From: Nostoc punctiforme PCC 73102
Lineage (GTDB): Bacteria > Cyanobacteriota > Cyanobacteriia > Cyanobacteriales > Nostocaceae
Direction of reading: 5' to 3'
Assembly: GCF_000020025.1 (NCBI RefSeq)
Contig: NC_010628.1
Coordinates: 6,420,001-6,452,000, forward strand
Length of the DNA: 32,000 nucleotides
The translations under genes were made by a program, and so were the position numbers. Each line of letters starts with the position of its first letter. The stretch's first letter is position 1. Positions 17,143 through 25,287 of the stretch are shown here, one piece after another. A model generated the notes under the pieces. That model worked only from the letters and a program-made list of their open reading frames with translations. It ran no database searches and was not told the DNA's origin.

Positions 17143-17625
17143 ATGACCCTTGAAAAGATGTACGCATCTCACCTATATGAAACAGATTTCTATACTTGGA
17201 CGCAAGAACAAGTTAACTTGCTCAAAACTCAACAGTGGAATCAATTAGATACAGTCAACCTAATTGAAGAAATTGAAACTTTGGGCAGAAGAGAACGACA
17301 AGAATTGAGAAATCGGCTCGGAGTGTTGCTAGGACACTTACTCAAATGGCATTTTCAACCTGAAAAACGTAGTAATAGCTGGTTGAGTACAATTCGAGAG
17401 CAACGTGTTCAAATTAAGCTGCTTCTGCAAGATAGCCCTAGTTTGAAACCCTACCTCGATGAAGTTTTCCTGACTATTTATGAACTAGGTTTAGCTTTGG
17501 CGATTCGAGAAACTGACTTAGGCGAACAAGTTTTTCCAGAAATATGCCCTTACACTTTAAGCGAAACTCTAAATCCTGAATTCTTACCAAATCTGAATCA
17601 GCTTAATGAGCAGCAGAGCGAGTAA
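17143..17625 (+). CDS. DUF29-family protein
   Basis: 160-aa ORF. LYETDFYTWTQEQVNLLKTQQWNQLDTVNLIEEIETLGRRERQELRNRLGVLLGHLLKW is the characteristic N-terminal signature of the cyanobacterially expanded DUF29 family. Confidence 0.8.
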   Translation: MTLEKMYASHLYETDFYTWTQEQVNLLKTQQWNQLDTVNLIEEIETLGRRERQELRNRLGVLLGHLLKWHFQPEKRSNSWLSTIREQRVQIKLLLQDSPSLKPYLDEVFLTIYELGLALAIRETDLGEQVFPEICPYTLSETLNPEFLPNLNQLNEQQSE

Positions 17626-17644
17626 TTACCTCAATCCTGTTTTA

Positions 17645-20410
17645 TCACCGTAAACCGTGGCAAATAAAAGCAGCCCAGTAATGAGGATCTGAAAAAGGAA
17701 ATTGCTGAGTCGAGTTTTCAATTTCTTTAATTCGCCTGTTCAATTGGGCATACATATTATATTCAAACTTCCATTGTTGATATTCAATAGAATCTGAAGG
17801 ATATTTTTTTCTATTTACTATCAGTTTTTTTTCCTTTGCTTCTACTTCATGGAATATTTTATTGAGGTCTACTTTTTTAAAGTCTCTTAGCTTAATTTGA
17901 GCTTTTTGTAAAGCTTCAGGACGATTTTTACCTTCTTGTCGCTGCTGGTAGTAAAAAATGGAAAATAATGCTGTAGCTAAATCATTGACTGACCACAGAG
18001 TACTAACTACACTTCTAGCACCAGCACACAAAAAGCCTGTAGAGAGAGTAAGAATATCATCAGTTAGAGATGGAGTACCCAAATTAGTTTCGCAGCAAGA
18101 GAGAAACACTTCTACAAGTTGAGGTAAACGCCAGCTTGGTGTCATCAATTGCCCCAACGTGATGCTGCTGTCCTGCGCTAATTTTAACTGTGATTCTAAA
18201 GGATTATCGAGGCAAGATTGGGCATGGTGGCACGAATGAAGTACTTGAACTTGTTGTGCTAGCTGTCGATAGTTTTTAGAGGTGGCTTGACTGCTACCAA
18301 TTAATCTATTTTCTGATGGAATGTTATACATTTGGGCGAGTTTTTCGCCTTCAAATCTGGCACAGGGAAGATTATCTTCGGCATCTTCCACAGTTCCATA
18401 TTCTAGAGATGTTCCATTAAATGTCCCTACATTGTTGCGTTGTTGACAAAATTCTAAAATTTGGCAGCTTGGGGTATAACGAATCAGAAATTTATCTCCT
18501 AAATATTCCTGATATTCTCCTGTAGGCAAAGCAGCGAAGGGAATTTGATGGAGTAACAGGTGAGGAACTAAAATTAATTCTTCTATTCCTTGAAGATGTT
18601 GGGAAATGAGTTGAGATATTTGCAGCCGTTCAGCTAATTCGCACAGAATACTGTTAATCTGAGTTTCCCATTTTTTGGGTTCATCTCTATAAGGCAATAA
18701 CCAATTCTGCTCAATCCAGCCTTGCAACGTATTTAACCCTTGTCCTGTGCAGGTGTGGAGAGTAATTTGGTCTTTCTGCACGACAAAGATATGGGTATCG
18801 CTGTTGGTAGTGTAAAAACTGAGGATAGCTGTATTGGGTTGGTCGATTAGCTTTTGAATTTCTGACAAGCTGAGGGGGTTAACTTGAATTTCGCCAGCTA
18901 ATACGGGATCTTCGCGTCTGAGATTTTCCCAAACTTGTTGTTTTTGGGTTTCTAAAAGTGCGATCGCTTCATTGTAAGCTTCCCAAGCAGCACGTGTATC
19001 ACTACGGTTATTTTCAGATTTATGGCTTTGGCGTTCTTTGCCAATTATTTGTTGCAGTTCTTCATACTGCTGCAATAACTCCGCAACTGCTGGGGGAATT
19101 TCGCCACTTTGGTAGAGATTGTTACTTGCCATTAAGTCTACCAGGCGTTTGGAACGCGATCGCTCTGAATATTCAAAAGCTTTTTCTATTTGTCCAGCAT
19201 TGATGCAAGCTTGCACCATACTTTCGTAAATGCCGATGGATTCTTCTAAAATCTTTTGACGGCGTGATTCAGATTTTATCCAACTACGGCTAGTCTCTAC
19301 TGCTTTAATAGCAATACTATAGCCTTTAATAGCTTCGTCCCAATATCCAGATTTAAAAGCTGTATTACCAAGATTGCGAGAAGCTCTAAGTGATTCATTA
19401 GGGTAAGCGGTGTGTGTATGAATTTCTAAGGCTAACCAATAATAATTTATTGCAGAAGTGGCTAATCCTTGATCGCGGTAAGCATTGCCTAAGTTATTCT
19501 GAAGTATGGCATATGTAAATGGATAATTATCACGAGTATAAAATTTTAAAGAATTCTGATAAGCTTGAACTGCCAAGTTAAAATTTTCTTGTCGATCTCC
19601 CTGAACCCTTTTATCATAAGCAATACCCATATTCATGTGAGTATTTGCACATTCTTCAGTAAATGATTCTTTATTCAATACACCTAATACTTCTTTGTAA
19701 ATATCTATAGCTAATTCAAAGTTATTTGAGAGATTACGATGTGGAGTATCACAGTACAGAGATGCGAGATTGTTTTTAACAATAACCCATTTTTCAATAT
19801 ATCTATACAGGGTAAAAATTTCTAAAACTGCATTACAGATTGATACTAATTTATCTAAATTTACATAGTTATCATCTTTTTTTATATGTTTGATTTTTGC
19901 AGAGTAAAGAGGGATCAAATTAGTTTGAGTTTCTGCCCACTCTATAGGATATTCTTCACGAGAATAAATTTTTAAAGCATCCTGATAAGCTGCGATTGCC
20001 TTTTCTCGATTCTCTGTAGGATCGCCATAAATGCGATTACCATAAGCATTTCCCAAATTAAGTTTAGATATTGCCCACTCTATAGGATATTCTTCGCGAG
20101 TAAAAATGATTTCAATAACCTCGCAACACGCGATTGCAATATCTAAGTTGTCAGCTATGTTGCCATGTGGAAACTGTCCAATTAATGTGCAAAAATTTCC
20201 AATAGCTGCGGCTGCTGCTACTGTTTGTGCATTGTATAGATTTTCTCCAGCAAAGTAATTTTTAGCCCAATGACGCAACAATACAGCAAAATTCAAATCT
20301 AATTTGTCTAAATTATCTTGCAGTAAAGGATAAACTATCTTTTTATCACTATAACTTTGTGATATTTTTATCAATGCTGTTAACAAAAAATTTATCCGTT
20401 CTTCTATCAT
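17645..20410 (-). CDS. TPR-repeat CHAT-domain protein (caspase-like clan CD peptidase)
   Basis: 921-aa ORF. Residues ~100-420 carry TPR-like units (EYPIEWAISKLNLGNAYGNR..., YPFTYAILQNNLGNAYRDQG...), followed by a coiled-coil segment at ~430-500. The CHAT domain at ~520-921 has VLHSCHHAQ (His728), VFLSCCETNLG (Cys773) and the family-typical end DPHYWAAFICHG. Confidence 0.9.
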   Translation of the reverse strand: MIEERINFLLTALIKISQSYSDKKIVYPLLQDNLDKLDLNFAVLLRHWAKNYFAGENLYNAQTVAAAAAIGNFCTLIGQFPHGNIADNLDIAIACCEVIEIIFTREEYPIEWAISKLNLGNAYGNRIYGDPTENREKAIAAYQDALKIYSREEYPIEWAETQTNLIPLYSAKIKHIKKDDNYVNLDKLVSICNAVLEIFTLYRYIEKWVIVKNNLASLYCDTPHRNLSNNFELAIDIYKEVLGVLNKESFTEECANTHMNMGIAYDKRVQGDRQENFNLAVQAYQNSLKFYTRDNYPFTYAILQNNLGNAYRDQGLATSAINYYWLALEIHTHTAYPNESLRASRNLGNTAFKSGYWDEAIKGYSIAIKAVETSRSWIKSESRRQKILEESIGIYESMVQACINAGQIEKAFEYSERSRSKRLVDLMASNNLYQSGEIPPAVAELLQQYEELQQIIGKERQSHKSENNRSDTRAAWEAYNEAIALLETQKQQVWENLRREDPVLAGEIQVNPLSLSEIQKLIDQPNTAILSFYTTNSDTHIFVVQKDQITLHTCTGQGLNTLQGWIEQNWLLPYRDEPKKWETQINSILCELAERLQISQLISQHLQGIEELILVPHLLLHQIPFAALPTGEYQEYLGDKFLIRYTPSCQILEFCQQRNNVGTFNGTSLEYGTVEDAEDNLPCARFEGEKLAQMYNIPSENRLIGSSQATSKNYRQLAQQVQVLHSCHHAQSCLDNPLESQLKLAQDSSITLGQLMTPSWRLPQLVEVFLSCCETNLGTPSLTDDILTLSTGFLCAGARSVVSTLWSVNDLATALFSIFYYQQRQEGKNRPEALQKAQIKLRDFKKVDLNKIFHEVEAKEKKLIVNRKKYPSDSIEYQQWKFEYNMYAQLNRRIKEIENSTQQFPFSDPHYWAAFICHGLR

Positions 20411-20478
20411 CTTTAATTGGCTCTTAGCTAGTTATTTAGCTGTTGTTTACTATTCCCAAAAATATATACGTAGAAAAA

Positions 20479-21192
20479 TCATTTCCAAATTGCTGCCAAC
20501 TTCTCCAATAGTTCCTCAGCTAAATCTAATAACTCAATTTCATCAAATTCATCACTTGTTCCGCGATTAATTTCTGCAACCGCCATACTATCTGCCAATA
20601 CATTTTTCACAGCAAAAATCCTATCTTCTTCTTCAGATAAACTCAAACATTTTTCCAACTCTACAGCAACTTCTTGGATTGTCCTTGAACCCAAACGCGC
20701 TCTCACTTTCACCGCAACCGAATCGTTACTTTCCAGCAGTTTTACCAAAGCTGTTTTCAGTCCATTATCCTCGCTAGAAAACTTCTCAACGGCTACACGC
20801 ACATATTCCCGCACGCTCATATTTGCCGCCAATGCCTTTTGTACAACGACATCTGGTACATCTACCAGCAATACACCTTCGTTATCGCTAGCTTGATATA
20901 AGTCATCTCCTTGTTTGACGGCTATCAGCAAATTTGCACCCAAAGCGTGTAAATAGTGCAACACTGATTCTAATTCATGTTCCTTTAAAGCCGACTCTAA
21001 CTTGGACACCGCAGCTTGCTTTACTCCCAGTTTTTGAGCTAGCTGTGCCTGAGTCAATCCTGCTTTATTACGTATTTCACGCATGGCATCGGTAAGATAA
21101 AGGCGCAAATACTCTAACTTTCCCGCCAAAATAACCTCTGGTTCGTCGCTTACCTTTTGCTGCAACCAAGCTTGAAAATTAGGCTTTTTCAT
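20479..21192 (-). CDS. XRE-family helix-turn-helix protein, HigA-like antitoxin position with ~140-aa extra C-terminal region
   Basis: 237-aa ORF. HTH is REIRNKAGLTQAQLAQKLGVKQAAVSKLESALKEHELESVLHYLHALGANL. Its ATG overlaps the stop of the upstream toxin-like gene (ATGA at 21189-21192). Confidence 0.8.
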   Translation of the reverse strand: MKKPNFQAWLQQKVSDEPEVILAGKLEYLRLYLTDAMREIRNKAGLTQAQLAQKLGVKQAAVSKLESALKEHELESVLHYLHALGANLLIAVKQGDDLYQASDNEGVLLVDVPDVVVQKALAANMSVREYVRVAVEKFSSEDNGLKTALVKLLESNDSVAVKVRARLGSRTIQEVAVELEKCLSLSEEEDRIFAVKNVLADSMAVAEINRGTSDEFDEIELLDLAEELLEKLAAIWK

Positions 21193-21596
21193 GACTTTTC
21201 CCTTTGCTGCAATTCACGCAATCTCACTCTTGCAGGTTCTTTGTCTCTATCTTTGATAGCGCCGTCGTATTTCTTCATAAAGGCGTACAGCACCACAAAT
21301 CTCTGAGGAGTAGCAGCCGTTAAGATAAATCGGGGATTATGTTCGCTCTTAGTCATCCGTAACTCATACAAATCATCTTCCAGTTTCTCAAAGATACCAC
21401 TGGTAAGTGATGCGAGTCCTTTGTCGCACAGGTAGCGAAGATTAACTTGCAGACGCTTGGTTTCGGAAGCACTCAGTAACGATTTTGGTGGATTTTCTGG
21501 TTGCTCCTCTTCGGGAATCATCCTGATGAAAAAAGCCAGCAAATCTTTGGGGATTTCCCCATTCACATCTAGATAAAGTTCCCAATTCCAGGTCAC
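21189..21596 (-). CDS. Gp49/HigB-type (RelE/ParE superfamily) toxin-like protein
   Basis: 135-aa ORF with a GTG start preceded by GAGG. EKLEDDLYELRMTKSEHNPRFILTAATPQRFVVLYAFMKKYDGAIKDRDKEPARVRLRE follows the phage Gp49-like/HigB pattern (LyElR..-..R.....-..vvLl.aF.KK....p..e...A). Confidence 0.7.
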   Translation of the reverse strand: MTWNWELYLDVNGEIPKDLLAFFIRMIPEEEQPENPPKSLLSASETKRLQVNLRYLCDKGLASLTSGIFEKLEDDLYELRMTKSEHNPRFILTAATPQRFVVLYAFMKKYDGAIKDRDKEPARVRLRELQQREKS

Positions 21597-21608
21597 TTCC
21601 TACCTCAC

Positions 21609-21637
21609 AATATAGTATTCCTTATAAGGAATGTCAA
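21609..21637 (-). promoter_or_regulatory. Candidate sigma70-type promoter of the toxin/HTH operon (-35 TTGACA, 17 nt, -10 TATATT)
   Basis: The minus strand reads ...aagaaTTGACAttccttataaggaatacTATATTgtgaggtaggaaGTG. The -10 lies only 12 nt from the GTG start, implying a very short leader. Confidence 0.5.
21617..21632. promoter_or_regulatory. Operator-like perfect 16-bp palindrome ATTCCTTATAAGGAAT (fills the -35/-10 spacer)
   Basis: Verified self-complementary by hand. It overlaps the last base of the -35 hexamer and the whole spacer. Confidence 0.6.
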
Positions 21638-21643
21638 TTCTTT

Positions 21644-21659
21644 ATTCCTTTAAAGGAAT
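21644..21659. promoter_or_regulatory. Operator-like perfect 16-bp palindrome ATTCCTTTAAAGGAAT (just upstream of the -35)
   Basis: Verified self-complementary by hand. It has the same ATTCCTT/AAGGAAT half-sites as 21617..21632, centred 27 bp away. Confidence 0.6.
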
Positions 21660-21828
21660 ATCATATAGAATCAGTGAGTGCAACTTATACCAATTCTGTA
21701 TGAAGATGCAATAAACCATATTAAGGCTGAAGTATAGAAAGAAAAACGAGCCGCAAAGAGCGTAAAGGGCACAAAGAAAGAAGAAGCCAAGAAAATTCGG
21801 CGCAGCCTTACAAAGACATGGTATTAGG

Positions 21829-21866
21829 TAATAAAAATGGTGCGTTAGGCAAAGCCATAACGCACC
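21829..21866 (-). terminator. Rho-independent terminator of lysS (GTGCGTTA...TAACGCAC repeat family)
   Basis: The minus strand reads GGTGCGTTATGGCTTTGCCTAACGCACC followed by ATTTTTATTA, starting about 25 nt after the lysS stop. Confidence 0.65.
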
Positions 21867-21890
21867 CGAATGTTTATATGCTTAAGTAGA

Positions 21891-23576
21891 TCAACTTAAC
21901 TGTTCAAACTTGAATTTTCCTTTAATGAACTTGTTAAAGTGTTGACCTTTAGACGGTGCATTATCCAAGTCTTCTTTGACACTGGGAGGGACTTTGAAAT
22001 ACTCGTAAACACTTCCACTGTCAAATTCAATAGTCAGTGTTTGGGTTTTTTGTTCATAGCTAAATTGCTTAATAACGCTGCCTTCAGGCTTAAGCAGAGG
22101 GAAAGCAATTACATCCCGAATGCTGGCAGAATCAGTTAACAACATTACTAAGCGATCGATCCCAATCCCTAAGCCACCTGTAGGCGGCATACCGTATTCA
22201 AGGGCTGTCAAAAAGTCTTCATCTACACCTTGGGCTTCTAAGTCGCCAGCAGCTTTTCTTTCGGCTTGGGCTTCTAGGCGTTCTCTTTGATCGATGGGAT
22301 CTGTAAGTTCTGAGAAGCTATTCCCAGTTTCTCGCCCGACGATAAATAACTCAAATCTTTCCACCAAACCAGGTTGAGAACGGTGGGGTTTTGCTAGGGG
22401 CGAAATTTCTACTGGGTAATCAATTACAAAGGTAGGTTGAATTAAATTAGCTTCTACTTTCTCTTCAAAGGCTAAATTCAGTAATTTACCAATTGATTTG
22501 GCTTCATCTACACCAGGAATACCAGCATTTTTACTTGCTGTTTTTGCTTCTTCCAAGGTTTGGAAAGAATTGAAATCTAAGCCAGTAAATTCTTTAACTA
22601 AATCGTGCATTGTCACTCGCCGCCAAGGTGGTGTTAAATCTATAGGTTCCCCTTGGTAGGTAATTTGCAGCGTGCCGAGTACCTCTTGGGCGACAGTGGT
22701 AATAATCCCTTCAGTCAGCGCCATCATATCGTTGTAGTCGGCGTAGGCTTGGTAAACTTCAATCGTTGTAAATTCGGGATTGTGTCGAGTCGAAATTCCT
22801 TCATTACGGAAAATCCTTCCCAATTCAAACACCTTTTCAAAACCACCTACAATCAACCGCTTGAGATGGAGTTCTGTGGCAATTCGCAGATACAATTCCA
22901 TTTCTAAGGTGTTGTGGTGGGTGATAAATGGACGCGCATCTGCACCTCCAGCTTCACTCTGTAAAACTGGCGTTTCAATTTCGAGAAAATCTCGCTGTTC
23001 CAAATAACGGCGAATCCCAGCTGTAATTTGGGCACGACGGCGGAAAGTTTGCCGCACTTCCGGGTTAACAATCAGGTCAACGTAACGCTGACGGTAGCGC
23101 TTGGCAACATCCGTCAATCCATGCCACTTGTCGGGTAGGGGCAACAGGGATTTAGTCAGGATAGTATATTGTTTAACGTAGACAGATAACTCGCCCTTTT
23201 CAGTCCGTTTAATAGTACCTTTAACTCCCAGGATATCGCCTGCATCTGTGAGTTGTTTTAAATGATTGAAGGCATCAGCATCAATATCTGCCATGCTTTC
23301 TTGGATGCGATTTTTATCCAAATAAAGCTGAATTGTGCCAGTTTCATCTTGCAAGGTGAAGAAAGCCAGTTTACCGAAAACGCGACGCGCCATAATGCGT
23401 CCAGCGATCGCAACTTCTAAATCAACTTCTTCACCACTGGCTAAATCGGCAAACTGTTCTTGCAACTGTGCTGCATGATGGGTAGATTCCCAGCGATAGG
23501 CGTAGGGATTAGTCCCTAGCTGCTTGAGTTGTTCTACTTTTTCCAGCCTTGCGGCTCGGATATCTTCTTCCGACAT
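21891..23576 (-). CDS. lysS: Lysine--tRNA ligase (class II) with C-terminal KTSC domain
   Basis: 561-aa ORF. Class II LysRS motifs include [38 protein letters not shown] and [14 protein letters not shown]. An additional ~60-aa tail reads ...[52 protein letters not shown]. Confidence 0.97.
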   Translation of the reverse strand: MSEEDIRAARLEKVEQLKQLGTNPYAYRWESTHHAAQLQEQFADLASGEEVDLEVAIAGRIMARRVFGKLAFFTLQDETGTIQLYLDKNRIQESMADIDADAFNHLKQLTDAGDILGVKGTIKRTEKGELSVYVKQYTILTKSLLPLPDKWHGLTDVAKRYRQRYVDLIVNPEVRQTFRRRAQITAGIRRYLEQRDFLEIETPVLQSEAGGADARPFITHHNTLEMELYLRIATELHLKRLIVGGFEKVFELGRIFRNEGISTRHNPEFTTIEVYQAYADYNDMMALTEGIITTVAQEVLGTLQITYQGEPIDLTPPWRRVTMHDLVKEFTGLDFNSFQTLEEAKTASKNAGIPGVDEAKSIGKLLNLAFEEKVEANLIQPTFVIDYPVEISPLAKPHRSQPGLVERFELFIVGRETGNSFSELTDPIDQRERLEAQAERKAAGDLEAQGVDEDFLTALEYGMPPTGGLGIGIDRLVMLLTDSASIRDVIAFPLLKPEGSVIKQFSYEQKTQTLTIEFDSGSVYEYFKVPPSVKEDLDNAPSKGQHFNKFIKGKFKFEQLS

Positions 23577-23678
23577 GGTAACGAACTAAATAGGGCAAGA
23601 TTAATTATAGATGCTGCAAAAGTTGAGAGTAAGAGATATTTGCACTTTGCAGATGATAATATCGCCAAACCAAATACA

Positions 23679-24235
23679 ATGACACAAACTAGAGTGCGCT
23701 TGTGGAATGTAGATGAATATCACCGGATGCTTGAGACGGGTATTATTACAGCCGATGAACGGGTAGAACTGATTGATGGGCAAGTTATCCCCATGAGTGC
23801 GAAAAATCCCCCCATGCAGCGACAACGCTGTGTGCGTCTGATTATCTCAAGAGAGCGCTAGCAGAAGTTGCCTTAGTTCGGGTGCAAGATCCCATTCAGT
23901 TAAGCCAATACTCGGAACCTGAACCAGATATTGCCGTTGTCCGCATTGATGCGCGAAAGTACATCGATCGTCATCCTGCACCCAATGAAATCTTTTTATT
24001 GATTGAGGTAGCAGATACAACGCTAGACACCGATCGCAAACAGAAAGCACCTTTATATGCTAAGGCAGGAATTGCTGACTACTGGATTTTGGATGTGAAT
24101 CAGCGTCAGGTTTTTGTTTTGGGCGAACCACTTTTGCAAGGCTACAATCAACAATTGATTTTGCAGGACTATACAACGTTATCCTTGATTGCATTTCCAG
24201 AAATTGAAGTTCAGATTAATCAACTGTTTCCATAA
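23679..24235 (+). pseudogene. Uma2-family (DUF820) endonuclease gene interrupted by a frameshift in a C6 tract
   Basis: The first frame gives MTQTRVRLWNVDEYHRMLETGIITADERVELIDGQVIPMSAKNPP. The family-typical continuation (S)PHAATTLCASDYLKRALAEVALVRVQDPIQLSQYSEPEPDIAVV...LLIEVADTTLDTDRKQKAPLYAKAGIADYWILD is in the frame one nucleotide behind. The switch point is CCCCCC at 23808-23813. Confidence 0.75.
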
Positions 24236-24400
24236 GTTAGCTAACAGAATTTGAGTATGAAATTTTTTAAATAAAAAGTGCGTAGGTGTAGCCCGTCGTA
24301 GACATCGCTCGATCGCATTTTATCCAAAAGACTCTCATATAAAATATGATTGATATCTTCTATGACAACGATTCAATAATCTAATGTAAAAGTCAAACCT

Positions 24401-24826
24401 TTATTTACGATCTACTGTTAGCGAATGCCTAGATGAAATTGCTTTCATTTTCAAGTTAGTAAATTGCACGATCGCCTTTACAAAATCTTGCTGTTCTGGT
24501 TGCAAATGCAGTTTTTCTAGGGCTTGATTGATATTATTACCAGCCCGGAGATGGTGATTAAGTTGGGCACGTTGCGATGTGTTTAAGACTGCCTCAATTT
24601 CTCTGTTTCTTCGCTGACGCACAGCCTGGAGTTCTTGGCGTTGTAAGGGAGTCAGGTTAATCTCCGAGGAGGTGGAGTAGCTTGCAGTTTTGGTAGTTTG
24701 GGCGGAAATAACACCAAAAGTACTATGGAGTTGAACGGGTGCAGCTAAGGCAATTCCTGGCATGGAAAGGACAAGAGCTAGAATAGCAGCGAACACAGAA
24801 AGCCGTTTTGTCAAGTGAATTGCCAT
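24401..24826 (-). CDS. Periplasmic Spy/CpxP-like (LTxxQ-motif) protein, tentative
   Basis: 141-aa ORF with signal peptide ...LSMPGIALA/APV. The helical region has LTPLQRQELQAVRQRR, LNTSQRAQLNHHL and LQPEQQDFVKAI, i.e. repeated L-x-x-x-Q motifs as in the CpxP/Spy family. Confidence 0.4.
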   Translation of the reverse strand: MAIHLTKRLSVFAAILALVLSMPGIALAAPVQLHSTFGVISAQTTKTASYSTSSEINLTPLQRQELQAVRQRRNREIEAVLNTSQRAQLNHHLRAGNNINQALEKLHLQPEQQDFVKAIVQFTNLKMKAISSRHSLTVDRK

Positions 24827-25219
24827 ATTCAGAAATGCCTACATCTAATTTAATGCTGAGATATAGTTAAGCAATTTTCAAGCCTTAATTTTGAATCTTG
24901 AATTTATCCACCCCCAAGAGGATGGTAGTTCAGGTAGAAAATATTATCCGCTTTAAGGGAATCCAAAAAAACTAGAAGGGCAAACTTAACCAAATTATTT
25001 TTGCTAAAATCTAGACTCAAATTCAAGTTGTTACAAAATCATCACTTAATTGCTCATTTCTGTTAATCTGTCAATGCGTAAGTCCTGCAAGTAGCTCGTG
25101 ATTTTATTTTAGAACACCTATCACAGAAGTTAGGCTTGATTGCATAATATCAATTATTTGTCAATGTGTAAGTTCTAAATTTAATTTCTGGAAATCCCTC
25201 AGACAAAGTATGTGCTAAA

Positions 25220-25260
25220 AGAGATATAAATAGTGCATTAGGCAAATCTAACGCACTATT
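25220..25260 (-). terminator. Candidate terminator of the M48 peptidase gene (GTGCGTTAG...CTAATGCAC repeat family)
   Basis: The minus strand reads ATAGTGCGTTAGATTTGCCTAATGCACTAT (11-bp stem including one G-U) followed by the U-rich TTATATCTCTTTT, about 28 nt after the stop. Confidence 0.4.
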
Positions 25261-25287
25261 ATATATAACTTCATTTAGCACTCAAAA

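Noticed and set aside
23529-23678. Upstream extension of the Uma2 ORF ([10 protein letters not shown]...)
   Set aside because: It overlaps the 5' end of lysS on the opposite strand and shows no family similarity. Uma2 similarity starts at Met 23679.
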